Source: Rebecca billardiae RCC1528
Taxonomy: Eukaryota > Protista > Haptophyta
Length of the DNA stretch: 64,000 bases
Direction: 5' to 3'
NCBI GenBank assembly: GCA_965240325.2
Contig: OZ251240.1
Span: 186,001 to 250,000 of the forward strand
Positions 23,292-34,181 of this stretch are shown in pieces. The position numbers were made by a program, and so were the translations under genes. Position 1 is the first letter of the stretch; every line of letters begins with the position of its first letter. The notes under the pieces are model-generated. The model saw only the letters and a program-made list of their open reading frames with translations, was not told the origin of the DNA and searched no databases.

Positions 23292-23926
23292 GCACCCGCA
23301 GCGCCGCGGTGCACGGCGCGAACGACGAAGAGCCGCGCGGCGGGGTGCGCGTGGGGGTGCCCCCGGGGCCCGGGGCCACGCCCGGAGTCCGGGGGGGCGC
23401 GCAGGCCGTGTGCGTCGCGATGCTCAGTGAGCCGGGGCGCTGCGGCTAGCTGCCGCCGGCTGGCTGAGCTGGTCCGGGCACCTGGGCAGCCGGCCGCATG
23501 CTCCCGTCACGACAGCGTCATGCGGACTGCTGTCGATGGCACGGCTGCCGCGTGGCCGCTGGGCTTGATCTGAGAAGGACGGTGCGCGGCATCTGGCGCT
23601 TGCCTCAGGGCCCGAGGCTCCCGGGCCGCCGAGGACCGTCTGACTCTGACTCAGACTCTTCATCGGACGATTCTGACATCCCGCGCTCACACACACACAC
23701 ACGGTCACTGAGACTCAGTCTGATGTTGCCGGCTGCCGGCCTGTCCGCGCCCGGAGGCATGGGCTCAGACGGTCCACTGGCTCCGACTGCAGTCGCAGAG
23801 TCCGCGCGTCGGACTAATGTCTAATCGGTGAGCCGGACTCAGACTGACTGTTTACTGACACTGCGTATCTCGCCTGCCTGAGCTAGCTGTGTGCGTCTCT
23901 TATTCTTAGTTACAAGCGACGGCGCT

Positions 23927-24008
23927 GCTTCATGGGCGGTGACAGTTGGCGGGCATCAAATCTCGCCTGCCTGAGCTGTGTGCGTCTCTTATTCTTAGTA
24001 AACTGTAG
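23927..24008. repeat. ~80-bp dispersed repeat ending in a TA-CAGTTTACTA terminus; inverted copy at 25530..25610
   Basis: GCTTCATGGGCGGTGACAGTTGGCGGGC...TCTTATTCTTAGTAAACTGTAG is the reverse complement of 25530-25610. Partial tandem copy at ~23867-23910. The same terminus occurs at 1121-1134, ~25710, 37230 and 38861. Confidence 0.75.
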
Positions 24009-24177
24009 TCTGACTGTCTGTGCTCGTGTCGTCGGCGTCGTTTGTGCAGTCAGCACTCAGCAGCCCAGGTGTGCACTGCCGCTGCGAAAGAAATCATATC
24101 AAAGAATCAAGAATCAAAGATGAAGTCGTCTCCGGGACGCCACGACCAAGTAGCAGGGCCGTCCATGGACTGCAGCC

Positions 24178-24855
24178 ATGGCAACCGCGGCCGCCGCAAA
24201 CCTGCCCGCTAGAGAACAAGAGGAGCGCAAGAGCCGCTCGCTCTGGAGCGGCAACCTGACGCCGTGGTGGGCGATCGCTTCGGCGTACTCGATCTTCTTC
24301 GTGTGCTACCTCGGCCTCACGTGGCTCGCAGCGGGCGCGCCCGTCTCGATCGCTGTGCATATCGTCTTCTCGCTCGCATTCGTCGTGTGCTGCAGCTGGA
24401 ATCTGTTCCATACACCGTCGCATGGCCCAGCGTACCGCCGCGCTCACCTAGTCGCTGGCTGGTGCGCCATGGTAAGCGGTACTGTCGTCGTCGTCACTGG
24501 TTACATCATCATCCTCCGCGAAGAGTCTCGAATCAGCGAGGCGGCGCAGTATGCTTTCATGGCCACGGGCGCGTTACAAATCGCCCTTCAAGTCCTCGGC
24601 GTGCTCGCTCTGCGCCGGTGGAGCTCTGTCCGCATGCACATCGTGATGATGAGCCTTGTCTTCTACAACTCGGTGCTCTTGCCGGCCGTCAATCGGCTGC
24701 CGCAGATATGCGGCTTCTCTGGCATGCCTGGCTTCAACGGCTTTGCGTGGACAGGTGCTGTGGGGGTGATCGGCATCTTCTTCTCCTTCCTGTCGATCTG
24801 GTGGCACGGCCGAGTCATGCGTGCGGATGGCGAACATCAGAGCCCAGGCCCGTGA
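24178..24855 (+). CDS. Small multi-pass membrane protein (about 6 TM, His-containing helices)
   Basis: 225-aa intronless ORF with hydrophobic segments and His in helices (AVHIVF, AHLVAGW, MHIVMM). Codon usage is less GC3-extreme than in neighbouring genes. Confidence 0.7.
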   Translation: MATAAAANLPAREQEERKSRSLWSGNLTPWWAIASAYSIFFVCYLGLTWLAAGAPVSIAVHIVFSLAFVVCCSWNLFHTPSHGPAYRRAHLVAGWCAMVSGTVVVVTGYIIILREESRISEAAQYAFMATGALQIALQVLGVLALRRWSSVRMHIVMMSLVFYNSVLLPAVNRLPQICGFSGMPGFNGFAWTGAVGVIGIFFSFLSIWWHGRVMRADGEHQSPGP

Positions 24856-25808
24856 CGAATCATGGCCGTGCCCCGGGACAGCCTCAGGTCCGTGCATGCG
24901 CGCGCCCTCTCTCAGTCTCGCCGCTCGCGCGGGCAGCTCGCTTTGGCACCAGCCGCCTGTGCACGGTCCGCCTTGAGCGAAAGCCAGCATCAGCTGCAAC
25001 TCGGTCAGACGCGTGGAATAACGAATACGAAGAAGAGGCGTGCACGCATGTACGCGGGGGCGCAGGCACTGGCGCTGCTGTCCGGAGGCAGCTCGTCCGG
25101 CGCGCGTGCGCTGAATTCGTCGCCGTGTACCAGGCTGAGAGCCCACTCGGCCCAGCTCCAGGGCTGTTTCACCGCCTGCTTCATGTTTGCTACGAGGTAA
25201 CGAGCGCCAACGATGAGGGTGGCATTCACGTAAACGCCAACGGCAGATCATGCGCCTGGCAGTGCCCGCGTCAGGAGGCCGTGCGCCTCGCGGCTTCGCC
25301 GGTCCGAGTGGCGGAGGCCGGACCGCGTCGGGGTCACAACCCGGGCCCGCCTGCGCTGTACAGTGTATATTCTTTCAGTCAGTAGTTATATTCACTGTTC
25401 AGTCCGTACGTGAGTCACGCCGCGTGAGTCAGGCGGGCAGCGTGAGTCCGTCCGCTTGACCGCGCTCGCGCTGCCGACGCGGGCTGCCAGCTGCGCATCG
25501 CGCGCGGACGCAGTTCCGCGTCTCTTGATCTACAGTTTACTAAGAATAAGAGACGCACACAGCTCAGGCAGGCGAGATTGACGCCCGCCAACTGTCACCG
25601 CCCATGAAGCCGTCGCCGATGGTAGCGCCGCCGGAAAAATTCGTTCAGCCGTCCGCCTGCGAGGCCTGGATGAGGGCTGCGGCCGCCTCGCGGCTAAGAT
25701 CACCGTGTTACAGTTTACTATATGATGTTTTAACACTTGGCGTGACAGTATCCGTGACCGGATCAGTCTCAATTTGGGTAGTAGATCGACCAAACCGAGC
25801 TCAGAACC

Positions 25809-26773
25809 GGAGTGTACCGAGCTAAGCGGATGTACCATGGTACACGTTGGTACATAATTGGTACACTATTGGTACACTATTGGTACATGTAAAGATGTAC
25901 CAAGTGTACCAATAGTGTACCAATAGTGTACCAATAGTGTACCAATAGTGTACCAATAGTGTACCAATAGTGTACCAAAGTGTACCAACGCATCCTGACA
26001 ATGTACCAAATGTCATTGGGTGTACCATGTACACTTTGGTACATAAATGGTACACTTTGGTACATTTCATGAGTGTACCAACGTGTACCAACCAATAACC
26101 ATGTACCAGTTTGCACACAAAAGTGTACCAAGTGTACCAACTCCTCCCTGAATGTACCAACTGCTCCCCAAAGTGTACCAACTTGTCCCAGGGTGCACCA
26201 AAAAATGTACCAACTCGTCCTGAAAATGTACCAAGTGTACCAAATTTCCGCGGAATGTACCAACTTGGTCCAGGGTGTACCAACAGTGTACCAACTCGTC
26301 CTAGGTTAGGGTTAGGGTTAGACCCCCCGATGTACCAGGGATTCTGGGTGTACCAGGTACACCCAGGAAAGTGTACCAGCTCTGAATCGCCGACGATGGT
26401 ACACTATTGGTACATTCATGAAAAGTTGGTACATTGATGGTACATTGGGGGACGGTTGGTACACATCATGGTATGGTACATTTGGTACATCGTTGGGACA
26501 CATTGGTACATTCTTCGGACGAGTTGGTACATTTGGGAGGAGTTGGTACATCAGGTAATGTACCAACATGTGCATGTGGATGTACCAAAATGTACCATGG
26601 TACACCCAATGACATTTCAGTACATTGTCAGGATGCGTTGGTACACTTTGGTACACTATTGATACACTATTGGTACACTTGGTACATCTTTACATGTACC
26701 AATAGTGTACCAATAGTGTACCAATTGTGTACCAAAGTGTACCATGGTACATCCGCTTAGCTCGGTACACTCC
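25809..26773. mobile_element. GTAC-rich foldback element with long modular TIRs and central telomeric repeats
   Basis: 25809-~26044 is the reverse complement of ~26579-26773 (GGAGTGTACCGAGCTAAGCGGATGTACCATGGTACAC...). The 11-mer GTGTACCAATA occurs x6 in the left arm and x2 in the right. GGTTAGGGTTAGGGTTAG at ~26304-26321. AT-rich relative to the flanks and non-coding. Confidence 0.85.
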
Positions 26774-26843
26774 TCAGAGGAGGCACCGCGCTGCGAGTCG
26801 CGAGACCGACCAGTCCGCTTCAACCTCCCGCTCGCGCTACTGT

Positions 26844-28583
26844 ATGCCGAGCACGGCGTCGCCTTCGACCACTGCCGAGCGCGCCGCGCGACGCGCCGGG
26901 CTTCGCGATCGCTACCTCGCGACGGTGCTGCACGCTCGGCGCGCCGCGCGCGAGCGGCCGGCGGGCGGGCGCCCCGCGACGGTGTCCGATGGCGCCGCTG
27001 TCGTTTTGCGGGGCATCGGGGCTAAACGGCGCGCGCTCGACGGCGCGCGCGCGCGCATCGTGGCCGCGCACCAGCCGGGCGGGTGGGCCACCGTGTGCGT
27101 GCACGGCGAGCTTGTCCGCTGGCGCTCCGGTCACTGGAGCGTCGAGGCGGCAGCGCCCGCGGCTGCGCAGGCCACCGCGCAGCCGGCCACGCCGGCCGCT
27201 GCTGAGGCGGCTCCGCCGGCCGCTGCGGAGGCGCCGGCGTCGGCTGCTGCCGAGGTGGCTCCGCCGGCCGGAGCCACGCTCCTCAACCTCAGCACCGAGC
27301 TGCTTGCGCTCGTGCTCGCGCTGTGTGACTCGCCCACCGCCGCGGTGCGCGCGACCGGAGCGTGCACGCAGCTCCGGCGCGCCGGCCTGCAGCCGTGCGC
27401 GTGGCCGAGCGCCGACTTCCTGGCCGTGCGCCCGGCGGACGGGCTGCACTTCCTGCTCCACCTCGGCCGCGTGGGCGCGCGCATTGAGCACCTGCGCATC
27501 CACTTCGGCAAGGCCGAGGCCGGGCTGCTGTGCTGGCTGCTCGAGCGGTGCGAGCTGGGCGGCCTGCAGCGCGCGGAGCTCGTGCTGCACATGGCGCCGC
27601 AGCTGCAGGTCTGCGGGCGCGCGCGGGGCGCCTTGGGGCTGGGCAGCTGGGCGGAGCCGGTGTGCGTCGATCTGACGCGCGGCCGCCGCGGGGCGTCGAC
27701 GCGCGGGTACGTCGAGCTACCGCGGCCAGGCACGCCGCCTGCTGTGGCGGCTGCGAGCCGGTTGGCGCGGCTGTCTGGGCCGCACGCGGCGCGTGTGCTC
27801 GCGCTGTGCGCCCGCCCGCACGGCTTGCTCGCGCATCTCGCAAGCCGCGCTCACGCGCTGCGCGAGCTCGACATCTGCGGCGTCGCGGGCATGAACGTGT
27901 ACGGCGTGGACGCCCAGGCCGTGCGCGCGCTGAGCGCGCTGCAGCAGCTGCACCGGCTGCGCATCAGCACGAAGGCCATCAGTGGCGTTGCAGAATTTGT
28001 GGGCGCGGAGATCGTCTCGCTGGTGGAGGAGGCTGTGCCGCACCTGCCGAGCCTGCGCACGCTCGAGCTGAGCTTCTGCTACCGCGAGCCGCTGACGATT
28101 CGCTCGCCGTCGCTCGAGCTGCTCGACTTGACGGCCCTCGGCAAGCACACCTTTGTGGGCTCCGTGCACTGCCCCCGGCTGCGGACCCTCCTGCTGGGCG
28201 AGGAGGGCTTCTACGCGAGCGGGCTGCTGCCGTGTGTGAAGGTCAGCTACCCGCACGCGCCCGGGGCCAGAGATGAGTCCAGGTACGTCGCATCCGGCGC
28301 GTCGGGGCACTTTAGAGAAGGGCGCACGTGGCCGCCCCACCGCGCTCCGGATGGGTGGGGCCGCCCGCGTGAGGACCATACTACTTTTGGCGCGTTCCTG
28401 CACATTCGGTGCGGCGAGCGGGTGGTCGTGGACGCGCTCACTGGTGAGAGCCTGTGGGCCCATCTGGGGGATGCCGCGAGCCACGGGCTGCTGCGCGTCG
28501 TGCCCGTCGCCCTCCCACCAGGCTGCCGTGTCACTCGTGTTCGCCGGGACTGGCACGGGCGGCTCGGTCTCGACTACTACTGA
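26844..28583 (+). CDS. F-box/LRR-like protein
   Basis: First ATG at 26844; LLNLSTELLALVLALC is F-box-like; LRR-like units LRELDI, LHRLRI, LPSLRTLELS, LELLDL and CPRLRTL. Confidence 0.65.
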   Translation: MPSTASPSTTAERAARRAGLRDRYLATVLHARRAARERPAGGRPATVSDGAAVVLRGIGAKRRALDGARARIVAAHQPGGWATVCVHGELVRWRSGHWSVEAAAPAAAQATAQPATPAAAEAAPPAAAEAPASAAAEVAPPAGATLLNLSTELLALVLALCDSPTAAVRATGACTQLRRAGLQPCAWPSADFLAVRPADGLHFLLHLGRVGARIEHLRIHFGKAEAGLLCWLLERCELGGLQRAELVLHMAPQLQVCGRARGALGLGSWAEPVCVDLTRGRRGASTRGYVELPRPGTPPAVAAASRLARLSGPHAARVLALCARPHGLLAHLASRAHALRELDICGVAGMNVYGVDAQAVRALSALQQLHRLRISTKAISGVAEFVGAEIVSLVEEAVPHLPSLRTLELSFCYREPLTIRSPSLELLDLTALGKHTFVGSVHCPRLRTLLLGEEGFYASGLLPCVKVSYPHAPGARDESRYVASGASGHFREGRTWPPHRAPDGWGRPREDHTTFGAFLHIRCGERVVVDALTGESLWAHLGDAASHGLLRVVPVALPPGCRVTRVRRDWHGRLGLDYY

Positions 28584-28971
28584 ATATAGTAGGCGCGCTT
28601 GATATTGATAATGATAATCAGCGGCGCGGAGCCGCGGCGGGACTCGGCCGGAGCGTCTAGCAACGACGACAACGGCGCCCTGACACTCAGCGTCAGTCAC
28701 AGTGACACTGTCGTGACGATATCAGATATGATGATGATAATCTGATGATGATGACCATCATATCGTTTATAATAATATTGGTCCATGATGATGTACATAC
28801 AGTATCATCATACAGCATGTCGATGACGCGCCTGGCGGCGCCAGCCGCCAGGCGTCCTCGCGTACTTCAGAGGTCGCCTCGTACTTCACGGTGAGCGCCA
28901 CATTCAGCACGCCGGGAGGGCCTGCCGGAGGCCCTGCGGACGGCGGCAGCTCGGCCGCGCGCGGCGCGGTG

Positions 28972-30300
28972 TCATCTGCCCCCCATCGCCTCCTCGCCCG
29001 CGGCCTGCTTGCGCACGCTCGCGATCCAGCGGAGGGTGGCCACGTCTCCGCTCAGCCGCGAGAGCGACTCGCACGTGTCCGCCCGCCACGGGCAGCCCTT
29101 CTCGCGCAGCCACTGCAGCACCGCCGCGTGGCCGCCGAGCGCCGCCGACTCCGTGCTCGAGTCGTCCCAGGGCGCGCCGTGCGCGTGCAGCCAGCTGCGT
29201 GCACGGCGCGCGCGGCCGGCGGCGGGGGCGCGGCGCGGCGGTTGGGAAGGTGCGCGGCGCGGCGCGGCGGGCGGGCGCGCGGGCGGGCGCGCGCGCGCCC
29301 CGCGGCGCGCGCGCGGCGCGCACCGCAGCATGTCGAGCTTGCCGTTGCGCGCCGCCTCGGCGCACGCGGCCGCGTCCCAGTCGCAGCCGTGCGCGCGCAG
29401 CCAGACGCAGCACTCGACGTGCCCGCCGCCCGCAGCGGCGAGCAGCGTCTCGGCGTCCCACGGGCAGGGCGGCACCTGCGTGCGGAGCCAGCGCAGCGTG
29501 TGCAGCTGGCCCTGCTCCGCCGCGGCGCGGCACACGCCCTCGTCCATCGGGCAGCCGTGCGAGCGCAGCCAGCGCAGCGCGTCGATCCTGCCCTCGCGCG
29601 CGGCCGCGCGGCACGTGTGCACCGACCACGGGCAGTGGCCGGCGTGGCAGAAGCGGAGCACGTCGACGTGCCCGCCGCTCGCGGCGCCCTGCGTGCAGCT
29701 CTCGTCCCACGGCGCGCCCTGCTCGCGCAGCCACGCGAGCAGCTCGAGGTGCCCGCCCTCCGCCGCCGCGGTGCACGCGTCCTCGTCGAAGCCGACGCCG
29801 TGCGCGCGCGCCAGCTTGGCGACATGCAGTTGGCCGGTGGACGCGGCGGCCTCCATCGTGCGCGTGTCGGTGGGGCAGCCGCGCGAGAGGAGGAGCTCGA
29901 GCACGTCGGCGCGGCCGGCGCGCGCCGCCGCCGCCGCCGTGCCCTCGGAGAGCGGGAAGCCCAGCCCGAGCGCCCAGCGCATCCGCTGCAGGGAGGTGAC
30001 GACCGCGGCCGTGCGCGTCAGGAAGCACGGCGGCGCGGGGAAGCGCAGGTGCAGCGCGTCGCGCATGGCGCGGCAGGTGCACGCGAGGCTGAACGCATCG
30101 TCGTCGTCCACCGCGTCGGTGATCAGGCAGAGCACCTCGAGCGTCGGCAGCAGCCTGAACACGCATGCAGCGCCGAACGCGGCGCCGAGTTCTGCCGCGG
30201 CGGCGGCGCCGCCGCCGCCGCCGCCGCCGCCGCGGAGCGCGGGCGGCTCGGAGGCGGGGCCGGGCGGCTCGATGTGGAACTTGGCGCGCTTGGCGATCAT
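28972..30300 (-). CDS. Ankyrin-repeat protein (AA..G.L..L.WLR..GCPWD type); intron 29195..29323
   Basis: Repeated AAEGGHLELLAWLREQGAPWD-like units. A 129-bp GC-rich in-frame intron interrupts one repeat. ATG at 30300. Confidence 0.85.
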   Translation of the reverse strand: MIAKRAKFHIEPPGPASEPPALRGGGGGGGGAAAAAELGAAFGAACVFRLLPTLEVLCLITDAVDDDDAFSLACTCRAMRDALHLRFPAPPCFLTRTAAVVTSLQRMRWALGLGFPLSEGTAAAAARAGRADVLELLLSRGCPTDTRTMEAAASTGQLHVAKLARAHGVGFDEDACTAAAEGGHLELLAWLREQGAPWDESCTQGAASGGHVDVLRFCHAGHCPWSVHTCRAAAREGRIDALRWLRSHGCPMDEGVCRAAAEQGQLHTLRWLRTQVPPCPWDAETLLAAAGGGHVECCVWLRAHGCDWDAAACAEAARNGKLDMLRCAPRARRGARARPPARPPAAPRRAPSQPPRRAPAAGRARRARSWLHAHGAPWDDSSTESAALGGHAAVLQWLREKGCPWRADTCESLSRLSGDVATLRWIASVRKQAAGEEAMGGR

Positions 30301-30889
30301 GAGCGGCACGCGCGAGGCGGGCGCTCGCCCGCTCGCGCCAGGCGGTGCCCCCTCGGTGTGCGCGAGAAGGTCGTGGACTGCCGCCCGCTTCAAGCAGCAG
30401 GCCAGCGTACAGGCCTGGCGGTGGGGAGGCGGGAGAAACTCTGGAAGGAAGACCTTGCGCAAATAGTGAGTACCCGGGTAGAGGCCCAATATGTACAGGC
30501 AAGGTGCAGAGCGGATGCGTTAATGATGGGCGAATGGCTGATGTTGTTAATAGGCCACAGGCCGCTTTATTTGATCATTCGACGTTTACCCATTTGCCGT
30601 GGCCGCGTCAAACCGCCGGCAACCAACCGGGGCCGTGTGGGTCTGTGGGATTCGGCCTCCGACGAAACCCAGCACACAAACCACCCAGGCCTGCTCCACA
30701 GCCGCTAAGCTTTCCGCCAACCAAACGCGGAAAGGTCCTTTGCGCCAACGGACTGTCCACCGCCATCGCTCTGGGCTCCGCTACCGCGGGCAAGAGGCTC
30801 GGCGTCGTCCTACGCGGGCGCGCGGCGGGCGCGTCTCGGACGCGTACGCGGCGCGCGGCGGCGCGCGCGCGGCCCGGCGCGTCGGCCCG

Positions 30890-32770
30890 ATGGTGCAGAC
30901 GGGCCTGGACGACTGGCTGCGGCGGCAGTCGGCGGGCGCGGGCGCGGGCGACGACGCCGACCCCGCCGGCGCGCGCGCCGAGCCCGCGCGCGAGGACCGC
31001 CTCGCGCTCGCCGCGCGCGAGATCTTCGGCCACACGTCCTTCCGGCACAACCAGCGCGAGGTGATCTCCGCTGCGCTGCGCGGCGAGGATGTGTTCGTGC
31101 TGATGCCCACGGGCGGCGGCAAGTCGCTGTGCTACCAGCTGCCCGCGGTGCTCTGCCGCGGCGTGACCGTGGTCGTCTCGCCGCTCCTCGCGCTCATCCA
31201 GGACCAGGTCTCCGCGCTGCTCCTCGCGCCGTGCGGCGGCATCCCCGCGACCTACCTCTCGTCCGACGCGCCCGACGGCCACTGGCGCGCCGTGTACGCC
31301 GAGCTGGGGCGGCGGCCCGAGCCGCACCTCAAGCTGCTGTACATCACGCCGGAGACGCTCGTGCGCTCGGGCGCGCTCGCCGCCGCGCTCGACGCCCTCT
31401 CCGCCGACGGCCTCCTCTCCCGCTTCGTCGTGGACGAGGCGCACTGCATCTCGAGCTGGGGGTGCGACTTCCGAGCCGACTACCGCCGGCTGGGCAGCCT
31501 GAAGGGCAGCTACCCGCGCGTGCCCGTGATCGCGCTGACCGCGACGGCGCCCGAGTCGGTGTGCGCGGACGTCCTCGCGCAGCTGCGGCTGCCGCGCCCC
31601 GCCCGCTTCCGCACCTCCTTCAACCGCGCCAACCTCTCGTACTCGGTGCACGCGCCGCGGCAGGGCGTGCCCAAGGAGCAGCGGCTGCTCGCGCTGCTCG
31701 ACAGGCAGCCGCGCGGCGCGAGCGGCATCGTGTACTGCCTCTCTCGCGACGACACGGAGAGCGTGTGCCAGAAGCTGCTCGACGCGGGCCACTCCGCCAC
31801 CTTCTTCCACGCCGGGCTGGCCAAGGGCTCGAAGCAGCGCGTGCAGCAGGCGTGGGCGCGCGGCGACGTGCACATCGTGTGCGCCACGATCGCGATGGGC
31901 ATGGGCATCGACAAGGCGGACGTGCGCTTTGTGATCCACCACTCGCTGCCAAAGTCGATCGAGGGCTACTACCAGGAGTCAGGCCGCGCGGGGCGCGACG
32001 GCGCGCCCGCGCACTGCGCGCTGCTGTACGCACCCGCCGACTACGCGCGGCTCGTCAACATGATCGGCATGCCGCAGAAGGGGCGCACCGCCAAGACCAA
32101 GGAGGCGGCGCGCGCCCTCGCGCGCACCATGCGCGACTACTGCGTGCGCACCGACCGCTGCCGGCGCGAGGTGCTGCTCGAGTACCTCGGAGAGCCCACG
32201 CCCTTCCCGCACTGCCAAGGCACGTGCGACGTGTGCGCGAGGCGCGAGGGCACGTGGGAGGGCAGCGAGGACGAGGCGGAGCCGGCGGAGGGCGACGGAG
32301 CCGCCGCCGCCGGCGGCCGGCGCCGGCCGGGCGCGCAGCCGGCGCGGCGCGGCGGCGGCGAGGCGGATCCGCCGGCCGACGGCGGCGCGAGCGGCGGCTG
32401 GCGGAAGCGCGCGCGCGCGCCGCCGCTCGGCGAGCGCCCCGCCGCGCGCGCGCGCGCCGCGCCGCCGCCCGCGCCGCCGCCCGCGCCGCGCGCGAGCACG
32501 CACGGCGCGCGCGCCGCCGCCGCGGGCGCTGCGGTGCCGCTCGCGCGCGGCGGGTGCGCACTGCCGATGCAGCGGCCCACGACCGGCGGCGACCCTCTGC
32601 ACCCGCCGCTGCCCGCCTCGCGCGAGCCGGCGGCGGCGCAGTGGCAGCGCCCCGGCGCGACCGTCGCCTGCGCGGCGGGCACGCACGCCGGCGGCGGTGC
32701 CCGAGGCGGAGGGTGTGCTCGGCCGTCAGGCGGGCGGGCGATGGACGTGATCGACCTCGACCTGGAGTAG
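30890..32770 (+). CDS. RECQ: RecQ-family ATP-dependent DNA helicase (helicase core plus RQC Zn-binding region)
   Basis: [56 protein letters not shown] and CRR..L..Y.GE...C...CDVC. No HRDC domain seen. Confidence 0.95.
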   Translation: MVQTGLDDWLRRQSAGAGAGDDADPAGARAEPAREDRLALAAREIFGHTSFRHNQREVISAALRGEDVFVLMPTGGGKSLCYQLPAVLCRGVTVVVSPLLALIQDQVSALLLAPCGGIPATYLSSDAPDGHWRAVYAELGRRPEPHLKLLYITPETLVRSGALAAALDALSADGLLSRFVVDEAHCISSWGCDFRADYRRLGSLKGSYPRVPVIALTATAPESVCADVLAQLRLPRPARFRTSFNRANLSYSVHAPRQGVPKEQRLLALLDRQPRGASGIVYCLSRDDTESVCQKLLDAGHSATFFHAGLAKGSKQRVQQAWARGDVHIVCATIAMGMGIDKADVRFVIHHSLPKSIEGYYQESGRAGRDGAPAHCALLYAPADYARLVNMIGMPQKGRTAKTKEAARALARTMRDYCVRTDRCRREVLLEYLGEPTPFPHCQGTCDVCARREGTWEGSEDEAEPAEGDGAAAAGGRRRPGAQPARRGGGEADPPADGGASGGWRKRARAPPLGERPAARARAAPPPAPPPAPRASTHGARAAAAGAAVPLARGGCALPMQRPTTGGDPLHPPLPASREPAAAQWQRPGATVACAAGTHAGGGARGGGCARPSGGRAMDVIDLDLE

Positions 32771-33169
32771 TGATCTCATCGCGCGGTGATGCTGATCGAG
32801 CCTGATAATATATATATATATATATGATATATTAATTATATATATATTATATATTATTTATGATCGTCTGCTGACGGAGGCAATCGGAGTCGGACCGTTC
32901 GGTCTTCGGAGGCTCCGGCTTCGGTTTGCCGGTGACCCGGTCTGCGGCGACCCCCGGATCGGACCCCCTTCTATAATGGCATCAACGGGCGCCTAACCCT
33001 ACATCTAGCTCGTGTGCTAAGAGTAAGACTATATAAGTCCGGGCCTCATGGCTCATAGGAGGGTCGTCGTATTAGTACCGCCCAGGTTGCCCCCATTCAA
33101 AGCGGCTCCGTCCCGCGCGACCGACTGCTCGGAGTCGGTGCCACTCCCATAATCCCATCTCACTACATA

Positions 33170-33687
33170 TCAGTCACCGATGCGGAGCCCAAGCTCCACA
33201 GAACCATCGGGATCATCCGGGCCGGGCTCATGCGTCGTGCTAACGAACGACGTGTTGTAGCCGCACGCGGACGTGACATCCCCGTGGGTTTGATAGCCAT
33301 CGCTGAACATGTCGGCGACGACAAAGCAGCCATGCTGCGTTGACGGGTGGCAAGGCGGACACGAGGGGCGCGAGCGGCACGCGCGAGCGCGGGATCAGGT
33401 GTCAAAATGGACGGACGGCAGAGCGGCGCGGCGGGATCGCCACAAGGGCTCCGAAGTGGGGGGTGCGCTGCGCGCACATTGTCGAAGTACTCGGGGACGC
33501 AGTGCACGTCGCTGGCAGCGGTGTGGAACAGCGTGTAATCAAAGTCTGGCCCTCCTGTTGGCCAGAGCGTAGCAGGGGCGACGACAGCGGAGCGGGTGCC
33601 GTCAGCATCGCAGGGATAAGTGGACCCTCTGATCAGCGAATCGTTCGTGTGGTTCGTGATCTTGAAGGTCGTAGGGCGGGGCGCCAT
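33170..33687 (-). CDS. Small orphan protein, 124 aa; join(33170..33334,33478..33687)
   Basis: Exon 1 MAPRPTTFKITNHT...PEYFDN, then a GTGCGC..ACGCAG intron 33477-33335, then exon 2 HGCFVVADMF...ELGLRIGD*. Phase is consistent and the composition is protein-like. Confidence 0.6.
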
Positions 33688-34181
33688 AAAGACTGGCCGC
33701 GGATGGACCTCAGGATGGAGGCCGTTTTGAACGCGCTCGCGCGCGGCGAGGTGAAGCGTGCAGGGGCGTTCGGCGCTGTGGGCCCCTCGAGGGCGTCAAG
33801 GTGGACCGCGCCCAAGCGGCTGTCGCCCCCTGGAGCGGCCTCTCCGCGCCGTGCGAGTCCGCGGCGCGCGGGCGGTACACGACCTCCTGTCTGACGCCCG
33901 AAGGTACGAGTGGTCGGCTCCCACTGCGCCTGCCAGCGGGCGAAGTCAGCGGCAGAGCGGCCGGGAGCGTCGCCATTTCCGCAAACGCAGCAAAATGTTT
34001 ATTTTCGTGTAGTTTTGCGGCCAACGACCACTCGTACCTCGGGCCGTCAGAAAAAGCTATGGGAGCGTCGCCACATCGGCCAGTCTTTATGGCTGCTCAT
34101 GAACAGCTTGCGCGAGTATTATTCTTCAAACAAATGCGCGCCGCCTTATTTATTCTCGCGTCGTAATTCTGGCGCTGGGGC

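Noticed and set aside
24860-25400. Coding-like fragments downstream of the membrane-protein gene
   Set aside because: No consistent start, frame or domain on either strand.
25904-26300. Possible CRISPR array
   Set aside because: The repeats are 6-11 bp with no unique 25-45-bp spacers, there are no cas genes, and the context is eukaryotic.
25822-26760. ORFs rich in WYT/GTL/VHY and MYQ
   Set aside because: They are translations of the GGTACA/TGTACC repeat lattice, not proteins.
25800-26782. Target-site duplication for the GTAC foldback (CTCAGAACCG versus CTCAGAGGAG)
   Set aside because: Only a partial match; not claimed as a TSD without other copies for comparison.
26727-26843. N-terminal extension of the F-box/LRR ORF from the ORF track
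   Set aside because: It starts at a non-ATG codon inside the foldback arm; the first ATG is at 26844.
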